This document shows positions 43,828 through 53,921 of a DNA stretch of 64,000 nt, piece by piece. How positions within the stretch are numbered: position 1 is the first letter of the stretch; every line of letters starts with the position of its first letter. This DNA comes from Diplonema japonicum. Lineage: Eukaryota; Protista; Euglenozoa: Diplonemea. A program made the position numbers and the translations under genes. The notes under the pieces are model-generated. The model was given only the letters and a program-made list of their open reading frames with translations. It did no database searches and had not been told where the DNA came from. Location of the stretch: positions 434,001 through 498,000 of the forward strand of contig OZ025660.1 in assembly GCA_964019335.1 (NCBI GenBank). Direction: 5' to 3'.

Positions 43828-46176
43828 TCACGGGCTGCCCACTGTGACGGTGACGGATCCGTCAGCCTGAATTTCAGCAGTGCGCAGGACAACCTTGCCC
43901 AGGTAGAGGAATGCGAGATGCAGCACCTCGTTGGGAGTGCCTTCAGCAGTTACCCTGACCCCTCCAGCTGTGTGGGTGATCTGTGTGAACCTGTCCGGGC
44001 TCACCATGACGTACTTCCCCACCTCACCGAAGAACGCGCAACCATTCTTCACCTCGGCTACAGTCACAAGGAGATACGTAACAGCGTCCTGTCCGCCATG
44101 CGCGGGTTTAGAAGAGGACACAGGGGATGACAGGGGCTTCACGCACTCACCGAGAGCAGACCCGTTCGCACACCTGCTGTTCCATTCGTACATCACGTAC
44201 TGCACATCTGGTGAAGGGCGCGGGTAGAAGTCGTCGGGCTTCAGTACATAGTTGTCATGGCTCCACGAGAGGATCACCGAATACCAGTTCTGTGTCCCGA
44301 TTAAGCTGTTTGTGTGGTAGCAGTACTCTCCAGGTGAGAACTTAAAGAAGGTCGACTCCAAGGGGGTCAGAGGCCTCGACCCGTGCAGCAGTGTCCCGTC
44401 TGTGGCGAAGGTGGGTCTGATCACAGAGTAGTTCGTCATCCCCAGCATATCAGCAACGCCGACCGGTCCCCCTGACATGGCGGAGACGATTGCAATGAGC
44501 TCTGCGTTCGGCTCGGAGCCTGTGCGCTGCTTGCTAGGGTCGCTCTCGTTACCTGATGTCCAGAAGTTGTCCTTGCTGGCGCTCAGCCCGACTGACGAGA
44601 GGAGCAGGGCGGTCCCTCCGATCTGGTAATTCCCCTGCCACCCTGGCGAGTAGTCCTGCGAAGCACGTGCATCCGTCACAGCGTCGAAGTTCACCGACAC
44701 AAGGAAGTCGCTCGGAAGCGCCATGCAGTACTGGATCGAGAAGTCATGCTCCGCTGCTGCGGTCGCCATCCCGCGCAGCCAGTCCTCGCTTGCTGTGAGG
44801 TTCGTCAGGAACATCGGGAACAACAGATAGTTGAAGTCCAGGAAGTCAATCTCGAAATTCTGCATCCCCTGCGTTGCCACCCCTACATCAAAGCGCTGCT
44901 TGTAGAAGGCATAGCTGCTGTCGGGGTGCACGTTCCCAAGCTTCCCGAGCGCCCATCCCCGGTTGTAGTACAGGCTGTAGATTGCTTCCCACTCCCCACC
45001 GTTCTCTTTCCAATAGGTGCTGACATCACATGTCGGCCCGCTGTACAACAACAAGGGCCCGATTGTCTCTGATAGGCTCTGTAGCCCACTGGGGAAGAAC
45101 TTCGTCACTGCGGTGTCGTTGATTTTGCAGTTCGCGTTCGACTGAACAAGGGGGTACCAATAGGCGTCCAGCTGGTAGTATGCCATTGGCACGTCGTTTG
45201 CCACGTACTGCGCGTGCAACTCCTTCAGCACTTGCTCAGGCGTCCCGTCAGCCGAGACGTTCCCCCAGTGGTACCAGTCGTAGAAGGCGCCGTTGTCCGT
45301 CCAGTAGGAGATCTTCGATGAGGTCAGCCCGCGCTTCTTCGGTGCCGTCCTCCCGACAGACAGTTGTAGCAACTTCCCGAACTCGTGCATTGCAATTGTG
45401 ATCCCGTAGTCGAAGTACATGCAGCTCAGCGATCTTGTCCCAGCAGGGATCTCCGTGATGAACCCTTGCAGCCCTGCGACCGCCGCGTTCCCCTTTACTC
45501 CGAGGATGTTCGACTTCAGGTTGTTAAAGGGCGACCACACTGCCGCTGTTCCGTTCAGTGCACCCGCATCTACATCGTGCATCACGACAGGGCCCCCCAC
45601 GCTCCCTTCAGGGGCGAGTACTGTCGTCGCATTGTACACAGCGAACCTCCCCCCCCACGTCTTCACTCCAATGGGGAAGCCGTCGCACACAGTAAAGGCA
45701 GGGAATGTTGCCACCGGTGTTGTGGATGAGTTGAACTCTTCAGGGAAGCCAAGGCGGCCTGCTGTCATTGATTCCACGTTTGTGATGTTTGTCTGCGTTG
45801 CGCCTTCAGGGAAGTACTGCTCGAACACCAGCAGCTGGTGCGCTGTGTAGCGCATGAAAGTGGTCTCGAACCTCTGGCTCTGCCCGAATGTGTACTTCAC
45901 ACTATACCCCTCCCAGTCCCCGAGATTCTTGTCCGTTCCATTTACGAGGGAGCCCGACACGCGTGTAAGACCAGACCCATCCTGCAGCCACGCCCCGCCT
46001 GCGTGCAGCATCGTCGGTTGAGAATTAAGAAGACACTTCCCGTCAATCGATACGGTATAGGTGTCGTCACTGTGCACTGCGATCACCCCTCCGTTCAGAG
46101 GGCGCTGCCACACCACAGATACCCCAGTACATGCAGGGCACAGCAGCAACAACAAGCTTAAGCCGGTTCGTAACAT
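43828..46176 (-). CDS. Secreted glycoside-hydrolase-like (clan GH-D type TIM barrel) protein
   Basis: Signal peptide; YWTDNGAFY, YYQLDAYWY, FP.GL, FEIDFL, QYCMALP, RASQDY motifs; family assignment is inference. Confidence 0.7.
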   Translation of the reverse strand: MLRTGLSLLLLLCPACTGVSVVWQRPLNGGVIAVHSDDTYTVSIDGKCLLNSQPTMLHAGGAWLQDGSGLTRVSGSLVNGTDKNLGDWEGYSVKYTFGQSQRFETTFMRYTAHQLLVFEQYFPEGATQTNITNVESMTAGRLGFPEEFNSSTTPVATFPAFTVCDGFPIGVKTWGGRFAVYNATTVLAPEGSVGGPVVMHDVDAGALNGTAAVWSPFNNLKSNILGVKGNAAVAGLQGFITEIPAGTRSLSCMYFDYGITIAMHEFGKLLQLSVGRTAPKKRGLTSSKISYWTDNGAFYDWYHWGNVSADGTPEQVLKELHAQYVANDVPMAYYQLDAYWYPLVQSNANCKINDTAVTKFFPSGLQSLSETIGPLLLYSGPTCDVSTYWKENGGEWEAIYSLYYNRGWALGKLGNVHPDSSYAFYKQRFDVGVATQGMQNFEIDFLDFNYLLFPMFLTNLTASEDWLRGMATAAAEHDFSIQYCMALPSDFLVSVNFDAVTDARASQDYSPGWQGNYQIGGTALLLSSVGLSASKDNFWTSGNESDPSKQRTGSEPNAELIAIVSAMSGGPVGVADMLGMTNYSVIRPTFATDGTLLHGSRPLTPLESTFFKFSPGEYCYHTNSLIGTQNWYSVILSWSHDNYVLKPDDFYPRPSPDVQYVMYEWNSRCANGSALGECVKPLSSPVSSSKPAHGGQDAVTYLLVTVAEVKNGCAFFGEVGKYVMVSPDRFTQITHTAGGVRVTAEGTPNEVLHLAFLYLGKVVLRTAEIQADGSVTVTVGSP

Positions 46177-46717
46177 ATTACTATACTACCCTGGATACTA
46201 CCCTGGTGGAGGAAGGTGACCGATACGAACCCACTAGAGACACCGTGGAAGGCGAACGCTTGGTCGTGATCCTAGGTACTACAGGGCCGAGAGGCTGACG
46301 TCGAAGCAGTTGGATAATAGTACTAATAATAAAACACAAGGACTAGAAGGAACAATGAAAAACAGAAATGAGAGTAAGAGGTGAGCCCCCCACACAAGAA
46401 GTAGAATCAATCCACACTTGTGTGTAGCGAGGACCCAAGTTTAGCCCAGCTGTCGCAGGCTAGCTAGAATGTTGGGAAGAAAGTGTTGGTGACTCTTCGG
46501 AGGGATGGGAACAGAGGCAATGGAGTTGCGCTGGACATTCCGCACTTTCCGTTTCTTCTTTTTCTCTCCGTCCCTCCTCATCCGGAAGATCTTTTTGTTT
46601 TTTTTTTTTTCCTCGTTTCCTTACGCTCCGAACCTGTTAAGTGACCTATCAGAAAAAGCAACCTGACGGGCTAAAAAAAACTGATCCGGAGCGTCCATAA
46701 AACTACGGACTACTGTC

Positions 46718-47032
46718 TCACAGCTTCTTGGCAACCATGGATGTCACCTTCCCGTCGGAAACAGTGAAGGTCTGCCTCACCTTCAGGGTCACAAGGCCCA
46801 GGGCCACCTTTGCCTTCAGGGTGCGTGTGAAGGTGCCCTCGGGGGTCTCCACCAGCTCCGTCTCCCCGTAGAAGTCAGGTGCATCATCGCTTGCCATCTG
46901 CTTCCTCAAAGCCCCCTTCCCCTTCACCTCCCACCGGGGGGTCTTGAAGTGCGCATCCTCCGCAACAAGGGCCAGCATCCCATCACGGTCCTTTGCCTTC
47001 ATGCACTTTACGTACTGCTGCACAACGTCCAT
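46718..47032 (-). CDS. NTF2/SnoaL-like small protein, divergent paralogue
   Basis: 104 aa; LVAEDAHF.TP...KGK, FTRTLK...VTLKVRQTFTVSDGKV aligns with the 112-aa triplicated gene. Confidence 0.75.
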   Translation of the reverse strand: MDVVQQYVKCMKAKDRDGMLALVAEDAHFKTPRWEVKGKGALRKQMASDDAPDFYGETELVETPEGTFTRTLKAKVALGLVTLKVRQTFTVSDGKVTSMVAKKL

Positions 47033-47073
47033 TATTTTGTGTGTTTTGGTGGTTTGTTTTTACCTGCTGTTCA

Positions 47074-47104
<31 letters not shown>

Positions 47105-47652
47105 AGAGAAACAAAAAAAGAAGAACAAAGAAGAAGAAAAAAAAAGGGAACCAAGATAAGAAGAGGAAGACAAGAAGAAGAAGAAGAAAAACGATCGATA
47201 TGTCGCCAAGAGCGCCAGCTCCACCTAAGTGGGCTGCCAAACGGAGTGTAATAAAAACATGCAGCAACTATCAAGAAAACAGCTTTCAAAGGAGAAACCA
47301 CCACTGCGAGTGCCTGCAATGGATGCAGTGGTAGGGCTGCTGCTGCTGACAAAAGGAGAGAGAAAAAAAGAGCAAGGAAAAAAAAAAAAAAAAAAAAAAA
47401 AGAAAATAAAAAAATGAAGGTTGCAAAAACGTAGCAAGCCTGCAAAATTGAACAAAAGAAGGGGAAGGGAGGGATAACATGTTTGTATATTGGTGGGAGC
47501 AAGAATGATCTTTGTGCATGACACCAGGAGCTATGAAAACGTGTGAGCTGTTTCCTTCTATTCCTTTTTAAGGGGTGCGGTAAGAATAGGTACCGCCGGG
47601 TCAAGTAAGGTGCTCTATCTCTTTGTTGTTCGTTTCAACTTTCCGGCAACCG

Positions 47653-47776
47653 TGCTTGGCTGCTTTCCAAGTTAAAAAACAAACCTTATAAATCGTCGCG
47701 ATGGCAAAGGGCTTGCTCGGCTGTTTTTCTAAAGTTTCAAACAAACCTTCTTAAAAATCGTCGCGATTGCAAAGGG
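47653..47776. repeat. Imperfect tandem duplication of about 60 bp
   Basis: ...aaacaaacctt..aaatcgtcgcgat(g/t)gcaaaggg occurs twice. Confidence 0.7.
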
Positions 47777-47912
47777 AACGAAAAGAGAAAGAACAAGAAG
47801 AAGAATAAGGGAATAAAAAAAAGGGGGGGAATGGCTTTATTAAAAAAAAGTCGTTGGTGGTGATTGTTTCATCCCTCGCCCTCTCGTGGCTGGCTGGTGT
47901 GGCTTTCCCTTC

Positions 47913-49373
47913 TCAGTTCATGAAAGGAGCCCAGTAGCCTCCATTATTGTTGGGGCTCGCTTCAGGGTGGAAGTTGTTGGCCTGCGGGGGGACGTAGTTG
48001 GTGTCCACCAAGGTCTGGATGCGGTCCTTGATCTCCCTGACCTTATCGGGGTACTGGCCCACAAGGTTCACCCTCTCATTGGGGTCGTCGATGAGGTTGA
48101 AGAGGTACTCGTCTGCGACGGAGTCGGGTGCTTCCCAGGTGTACGGGTTGATGGTCCAGTAGCCGTCGTAGTAGGTGGACTGGTTGAGGTTCGGGTTCAC
48201 GATGAGCTTCCAGTCCCCGCTGATGAAGGCTGTGTAGTTCTTCCCGTTGTCGAAGATGTTGATGGGGACCTCCGTGCGCAGCAGCGGGCCTTCCTCCATG
48301 ATCGCCCTCCACTGCGACACCCCGTCGGAGGTCTGCTCGGGGAGGGACGCTGCTTCCAACAGGGTGGGGAGCCAGTCCACAGCGTGGATGAGCCCCTTGA
48401 AGCCGGTGCCCCTCTTGGTCGAGGGGATCACCCTGTCCCCGCCCTGCAGGAACCCCACCGCCCGCACCCCGCCGTCGAAGAGCGTGAACTTCCCCGCACG
48501 CAGGGGCCAGTTCGACCCTGCAGACCCCACCTCCCCCGACGAGGTTCCCGTCATCGACACGTCCACCTCCCCCCCGTTGTCCGAGGTGAAGATCATGAGC
48601 GTGTTCTCCCAGAGCCCGAGGTCCCTGTAGAGGGCGACGAGCTCCCCGATCGCCCTGTCCACCTCGTACATCATGTTGCAGTAGACCTTCCTCTTTGCGG
48701 GCTGCACCCCGTCGCACTCTGTCGTCGGGGTAGGAGGGTTTTCCAGCGGGATGTGCATGTTCTGGTGCGAGAAGTACAGGAAGCTCGGGCTGTTCTTCTC
48801 CGCGATCTGGTGCAGGTATGTGTTCGCCTCCCTCATGAAGGCCGTCATCGAGTACTCCCCGACCGTGGCGTTCCTCTCCTTGTTCAGCCAGAAGTCGAAC
48901 CCGCTCAACCCTCCCATCTCCACCGTGTGGTTGTAGTAGTCCCCCATCGCCTGCATGTAGCCCAAGTATTGCTGGAAGCCACGCTCCGTCGGGGTCTGCG
49001 CCCATTTCGCGTAGCCGCAGTGCCACTTCCCGATCATGTAGGTGTCGTACCCGGACGACACAAGGTACTCCGGGAGCGTCTTGTCCGTTGCCGGGATCCC
49101 GGCCGAGCTCCCGGGCAGGACCGTTTCCAGGTGCTGCATCCCCGTGTGGAAGGGATACCTCCCCGTCATGAAGGCTGACCTCGTCGGGCTGCACACAGGT
49201 TGCATGTAGTACCTCTCAAGCTTGATTCCATTGTTGGCCAACTCGTTGATGTTGGGAGACGGCAGGTTGCCCCCTTGGTACCCCACGTCTGCCCACCCCA
49301 GGTCGTCCACCACCAGCATCAGGATGTGCGGTTGTGCACTCAAGGCTGCAGCGAAGCAGAGAACGGACAGCAT
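47913..49373 (-). CDS. Secreted arylsulfatase (ARSB-like, sulfatase family S1)
   Basis: PHILMLVVDDLGW, formylglycine motif CSPTR, TGRYP, GKWH, SDNGG, FDGGVR, DWLPT. Confidence 0.95.
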   Translation of the reverse strand: MLSVLCFAAALSAQPHILMLVVDDLGWADVGYQGGNLPSPNINELANNGIKLERYYMQPVCSPTRSAFMTGRYPFHTGMQHLETVLPGSSAGIPATDKTLPEYLVSSGYDTYMIGKWHCGYAKWAQTPTERGFQQYLGYMQAMGDYYNHTVEMGGLSGFDFWLNKERNATVGEYSMTAFMREANTYLHQIAEKNSPSFLYFSHQNMHIPLENPPTPTTECDGVQPAKRKVYCNMMYEVDRAIGELVALYRDLGLWENTLMIFTSDNGGEVDVSMTGTSSGEVGSAGSNWPLRAGKFTLFDGGVRAVGFLQGGDRVIPSTKRGTGFKGLIHAVDWLPTLLEAASLPEQTSDGVSQWRAIMEEGPLLRTEVPINIFDNGKNYTAFISGDWKLIVNPNLNQSTYYDGYWTINPYTWEAPDSVADEYLFNLIDDPNERVNLVGQYPDKVREIKDRIQTLVDTNYVPPQANNFHPEASPNNNGGYWAPFMN

Positions 49374-49384
49374 TGTGTGTGGTT

Positions 49385-49419
<35 letters not shown>

Positions 49420-49931
49420 CCACTTCCTAAACCTGTGTGACTGATTGGGGGCTATAACTTATTTTCAACAATATTAAAAAACAAGAATTGAAAGGAAAAT
49501 ATTTTTTTTATTTTTATTCCTCAACGAAACAGCGGGAGCCACCATTTGGTGAGCGTCAAATACGCAATATCACCAGCTGTCCATTGGGAAAATAAAAAAA
49601 AAGTTTTAAAGAAAAGGAACAACCGAGAGGGAATGGAGGGAGGGAAAAGTGTAACCAGACATGTGTCATGGTTACAAGGTATAATAATAGGGGAGGAGGG
49701 AGGGAAGCTCTCGGCCCACCACAGGTGGGCGAGGGGAATCATGTTAACTAAATGCTTTTTTTTTTCTTCGGACAAAAAAGACACGATGCACAAGTCACAG
49801 AAGAAGAAGAATAAGAAGAGGAAGCCTAATAAGTTGGTATTGTTGCTGTCTTGTCCCAATTAAGAGAGTATGGCGTTGGTCCTCTTCTTGTTGTTGTTGT
49901 TGTTGTTGTTGTTGCTGTTCTTGTTGCTGCT

Positions 49932-50981
49932 TCAGCCAATCTTGTAACCCAGGTGGTTGCTGGTGAGGCACTGGGCGTACCACCTGCTCTGCTTGTAGCA
50001 AGAGGCCCCGCCGGAGCAGCAGGTGGGGGCGTGAAGGCAGCTTCCCCACTTCGGGATCGCCGTGCGGCAACCAGAGGAAGGAGGGGGAACAGGAACGGGG
50101 ACAGGTGGAACAGGAACAGGAGGAGTGGGAGGGGTGGGGACAGGTGGTGTGTTCCCGTTCCCCGCTGCAGGGATGCACTGGGCATACCACTGGCTCTGCC
50201 TGTCGCACACCGCCCCTTGCGTGCAGCAGTGCATCGCGCTCGTGCAAGCCCCCCACATGGGAATCGTCCTCGAGCACCCTGTGGTGGGGGGAACAGGGAC
50301 AGGGGGAACGGGAACGGGGGGAACAGGAACAGGAGGGACAGGAACAGGAGGAGTGGGAGGGGTGGGAACAGGAGGAACAGGGTTCCCGCCGCCACCACCA
50401 CCACCACCACCACCTCCACTGAAGTCCAAGTCAACAGCGTTGTAGAAGCTTGCGGCGGTGTCACCGACATCCCAGATGGCGAGGACAACGTGGTAGCCCG
50501 ACTTGGAGGGGAGGGTGCAGGAGTGGGTCGTCACCATCGGGGGCTTCACCATCCCGCCCGCCGCGGAGCAGAAGGGAGCATCCTCGAAGCTGCCCCTCCC
50601 GAGGGGAGCGTTCTGGTTCCACCCATCCTTCGTGATGTAGTACCTCCAGTCCAGGGTCACGTGGTTCGCCGTGAACTGCCAGGTGAAGTCGGTCCTGCCC
50701 CCGCTCGCTGCCGTCTTCGCCCACCTGCTCGAAGACTGCTCGTTCAGAGGGGCCCAGGTCGCGCTCCCCGCCGCCGCCAGCTGCCCGTCCGGAGGACCGC
50801 TCGCTGGGTACCGGTCCGGTCCCTCCACACTCTGCGGCTCGTACTGCACCCCTCCGCACCCGCTGTTTGTCTTCAGCTTGCACGCGTAGTTCCGAGAAGG
50901 CGGGCTCATCACGTAGCCGTGTCCCTCAACCCGCACCACTGCTGCCGCTGCCAGCAGCATCGGAAGTCCCAGGCGCTTCAT
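49932..50981 (-). CDS. AA10 LPMO-CBM1-CBM1, copy 3
   Basis: Near-identical to copy 1; lacks one PVPPV linker unit. Confidence 0.9.
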   Translation of the reverse strand: MKRLGLPMLLAAAAVVRVEGHGYVMSPPSRNYACKLKTNSGCGGVQYEPQSVEGPDRYPASGPPDGQLAAAGSATWAPLNEQSSSRWAKTAASGGRTDFTWQFTANHVTLDWRYYITKDGWNQNAPLGRGSFEDAPFCSAAGGMVKPPMVTTHSCTLPSKSGYHVVLAIWDVGDTAASFYNAVDLDFSGGGGGGGGGGGNPVPPVPTPPTPPVPVPPVPVPPVPVPPVPVPPTTGCSRTIPMWGACTSAMHCCTQGAVCDRQSQWYAQCIPAAGNGNTPPVPTPPTPPVPVPPVPVPVPPPSSGCRTAIPKWGSCLHAPTCCSGGASCYKQSRWYAQCLTSNHLGYKIG

Positions 50982-51094
50982 TTCTCTTCTTCTTTTTTTT
51001 TTTTTTTTTTTTTTTTTTTGTTGTGTGGAAACTGTGGAGTGAAAATAGAGACAGAGTAGCGAGCCCCCTCTTCCAACAAGAGGATGAATGGATC

Positions 51095-52916
51095 AAAGGT
51101 GCTTCATACACCAGGTAAAGTGGTGTCATCATCTTGCCCCTTTGCCTACCCCATTGGTCCCCGTGATGGGAAAAATGAATGGATCAGTTTCCTTCTGTCA
51201 TTTATGTGTTAAAGGGGAATCAGGAGACTGTGTCTTCATAGAATGGACCAATGTTCTTTAACTACAGTGTCATCATGTGTTTGCCCCTTCTCTCCCTTCA
51301 TTGAAATTAAAACTACTCAGGCCGCCTCTCTTTCTCTGCTCTTTTCTTGCATCAGGACTGGAGGATGGTATCTCTACTGCGAAAGGCCTTCCGTGGCACC
51401 CGTGCTGCTTCTTCTCGATTCCTATTACTTCATTCTACTCTTGTCATTCATTCTACCCTCATTATTGTCATCTCCCGCCCACTTTCACCCTGCAACACAA
51501 ACAGAGTGTGACTGCTGCAACGACAGCGGAGGGCGGTGAGTCGACTGCGCAAAAGCCTTAATGGTCAGAAGTCCTTGTTGTAAATCATGAATTGAAAGAT
51601 CAGAAGCAAGACTGGCATGTCGTGAAAGGGTCGTTGTCATCATCTTGGGGGGGGGGCAAGTAAACAGAGTAGTCGGAGGCGGCGTTTACAGCGTTTCGTT
51701 GCCTGTCCCTCCACTCCAAGGAGAAGGGTGTGCATCAGACGATGCCGTCTCACTGGTGTCTGCTCAGCACCAACAGAAGCCTGCCGGTTCATCAAAAATA
51801 GGATCTAAGTGGTGAATCATCATCTGCTCATTCCTTGGAGGGTTGCTTGCTGGTTGTCTAATTCCCTTTTCTTTCGAAGGGCATAAACCATAAACCACAG
51901 ACACCGGGAAGGAGACAAAAGGTTGGAGATCTTGTACCAGATAAAGGGAACCTGTGCAAGGTACGAGACACCTCACAGGAGGGTTGCCGGTACTCTGTGT
52001 TCCTGTTTTCTTCTTGCTTTTTCTTCTTTTTTTTTTACTTCCTTCTTTCTCTCGCACCAGTATTATCCCGCAACCCTTACCACAAAGGGCACTGGTCCTT
52101 GATGGCTCTTCTTCCTTTCTGTTCTTTGCTTCAAAAGGCAGAGAAAAACAGTAGTCTCACGCTGATAAAGCTCCCATTCCAAGCATGAGGTGCCCAACGG
52201 GTGGTATGTACAGCGTTGCTGTTCTTCACTCTTCTTTTTCTTCATCTTCTCTCTCTCGCATAGCTTCACAACCAGCACCCTATTCAGAGAGGGAACAGGC
52301 TGTTACAAGCTTGCTGCAAGTTTTCAAACCAAACTGTGTTTTGTGTTTTCAGGTTTCAGTCTCGCAGGTTTTTGACCCTCACTTGAACCAGCAACATGGG
52401 TTCGCAAGGAACACGAAACACTGCTGCGCTCGTGTGTTGTGTGTGCCCACATGTCTCGCACCCCTCCAACGCCTCTTTCATGTATGAAGAACGCGAAGTG
52501 GTGTTAATTAAGGGTGCTCTCCTTCTTTTCGAGTATTCCCCTCCCCCAACCCCCTTCTTTTTTACCCCGCAACGTATCTCACGCTGATAAAGCGCCCATT
52601 CCAAGCATCAACAGTGCCCAACGGGTGCCGATTACAGCGTTGCCGTTCTTTCTTTGCGGGGTATCGTGTTCTGCATTTTGTGAAGGTGCTGGCTTTCCCA
52701 TTGTGGTGGTGCTTCTTCCCTCCCTTTCTTCATGGAAGACATCAGAAGAGGTGTAGTTTGTTGATAATGTTCCATTTCACGCCCCCCCAGGGGGAGGTCA
52801 TCTAACCGCAATATCGTGTCTCATCATCTGTCTCCGTGGGTCGTTCTTTTCTTCTCTCGCAAGAAAGCGTAGCTGGGCAGCGGATGCAGTCCTGCAGCCA
52901 GTTTAATAAATCTTGC
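51095..52916 (-). ncRNA. snoRNA cluster J (half CD6, CD4,A1,A5,CD5,CD3,A6,A9,A3,A7,A10,A2,A3b,CD2,A11)
   Basis: Longest cluster, 14 intact modules. Confidence 0.85.
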
Positions 52917-53181
52917 TGCAACAGCTTGGATCTACTTGGTTTTGACAAGATATACAGTTAAAAAAGAAAAATAAAAAACTTTTTTAAAATAACGGAAGAA
53001 AGGGGAAAAGTGGGGGGGGGGGGGGGACATCTTTGCCTTCGTGGCTATATGTTTGCCAAAGAGAAAGATAAGGGAGCCTGCATATGTGACAGGATCGCCT
53101 AACAACAATCAGCTCATCTTGTGGATGAAAAAAAAAAAAAAAAAAAAAAAAAACGTATCTCCCTTACTCCATTAAATGACA

Positions 53182-53694
53182 TCACACAAGGTTGAAGTTA
53201 AAGCCAACCTCAAGACGGGACGGTGGGGCAGCTAAAGTCAGCGTGCCTGTAATAGCACCTGAGAAGGGGGTATTGGGGGGGAGGGTAAATTTTATCGGGC
53301 TTGAAAGATTCCCACCCGGAATGAGAGGACAGGGGGGTAGGGGGAAATTGTACGGAACTCCACCTGGAACAGGCACTGAACAGGTAGCACCACAGAAGGG
53401 GCAACTGAACCTATAAGGCAAAACACTGTCCACTGTACCAGCAAAAGTGAAGGTACTGCCCACCCCCAACGAGGACTGAGAAGAAACGCTTAACTCACCA
53501 CCAAAAGTAGCACCCCAAGGGAGCCTGCAATCATTCGACCCATAAGCATCTATCGAAGAGCACCCCGGTAAGATCAACAGCTTGAAATCAAACCCTTGAG
53601 CCTGCTGCACTGTCCTGTTAAACACCAGATCCCCTTCAACTTGCGCCACGAGGTATAAAAAGGCGACTACAAATTGCACAGAGAACAATGCCAT
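53182..53694 (-). CDS. Small secreted Cys/Pro-rich beta protein (possibly ML/NPC2-like)
   Basis: ATG 53694, signal peptide MALFSVQFVVAFLYLVAQVEG; C..DAYGSNDC...WG, CPFCG..C, PPCP. Confidence 0.65.
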   Translation of the reverse strand: MALFSVQFVVAFLYLVAQVEGDLVFNRTVQQAQGFDFKLLILPGCSSIDAYGSNDCRLPWGATFGGELSVSSQSSLGVGSTFTFAGTVDSVLPYRFSCPFCGATCSVPVPGGVPYNFPLPPCPLIPGGNLSSPIKFTLPPNTPFSGAITGTLTLAAPPSRLEVGFNFNLV

Positions 53695-53921
53695 TTTTTC
53701 TTTATACGCCTTGCCCGTGTGTTCTGTTGTGCAGTGTTGGTAGTGGATCTGTCTTTGAGGGGGGAAAAAAGAAGAACAAACGACCAGGTACAATAAGAGA
53801 AAAAGAAATGGAAAATACAGTTTTTTATCAACACAATAAGGAGGGGGGGGGGGGGGGGGGGGGGATATATATAAAAAGGAGGGTAACTCCCACCATCAGT
53901 GGTATAGTCCCATTCCCTACC

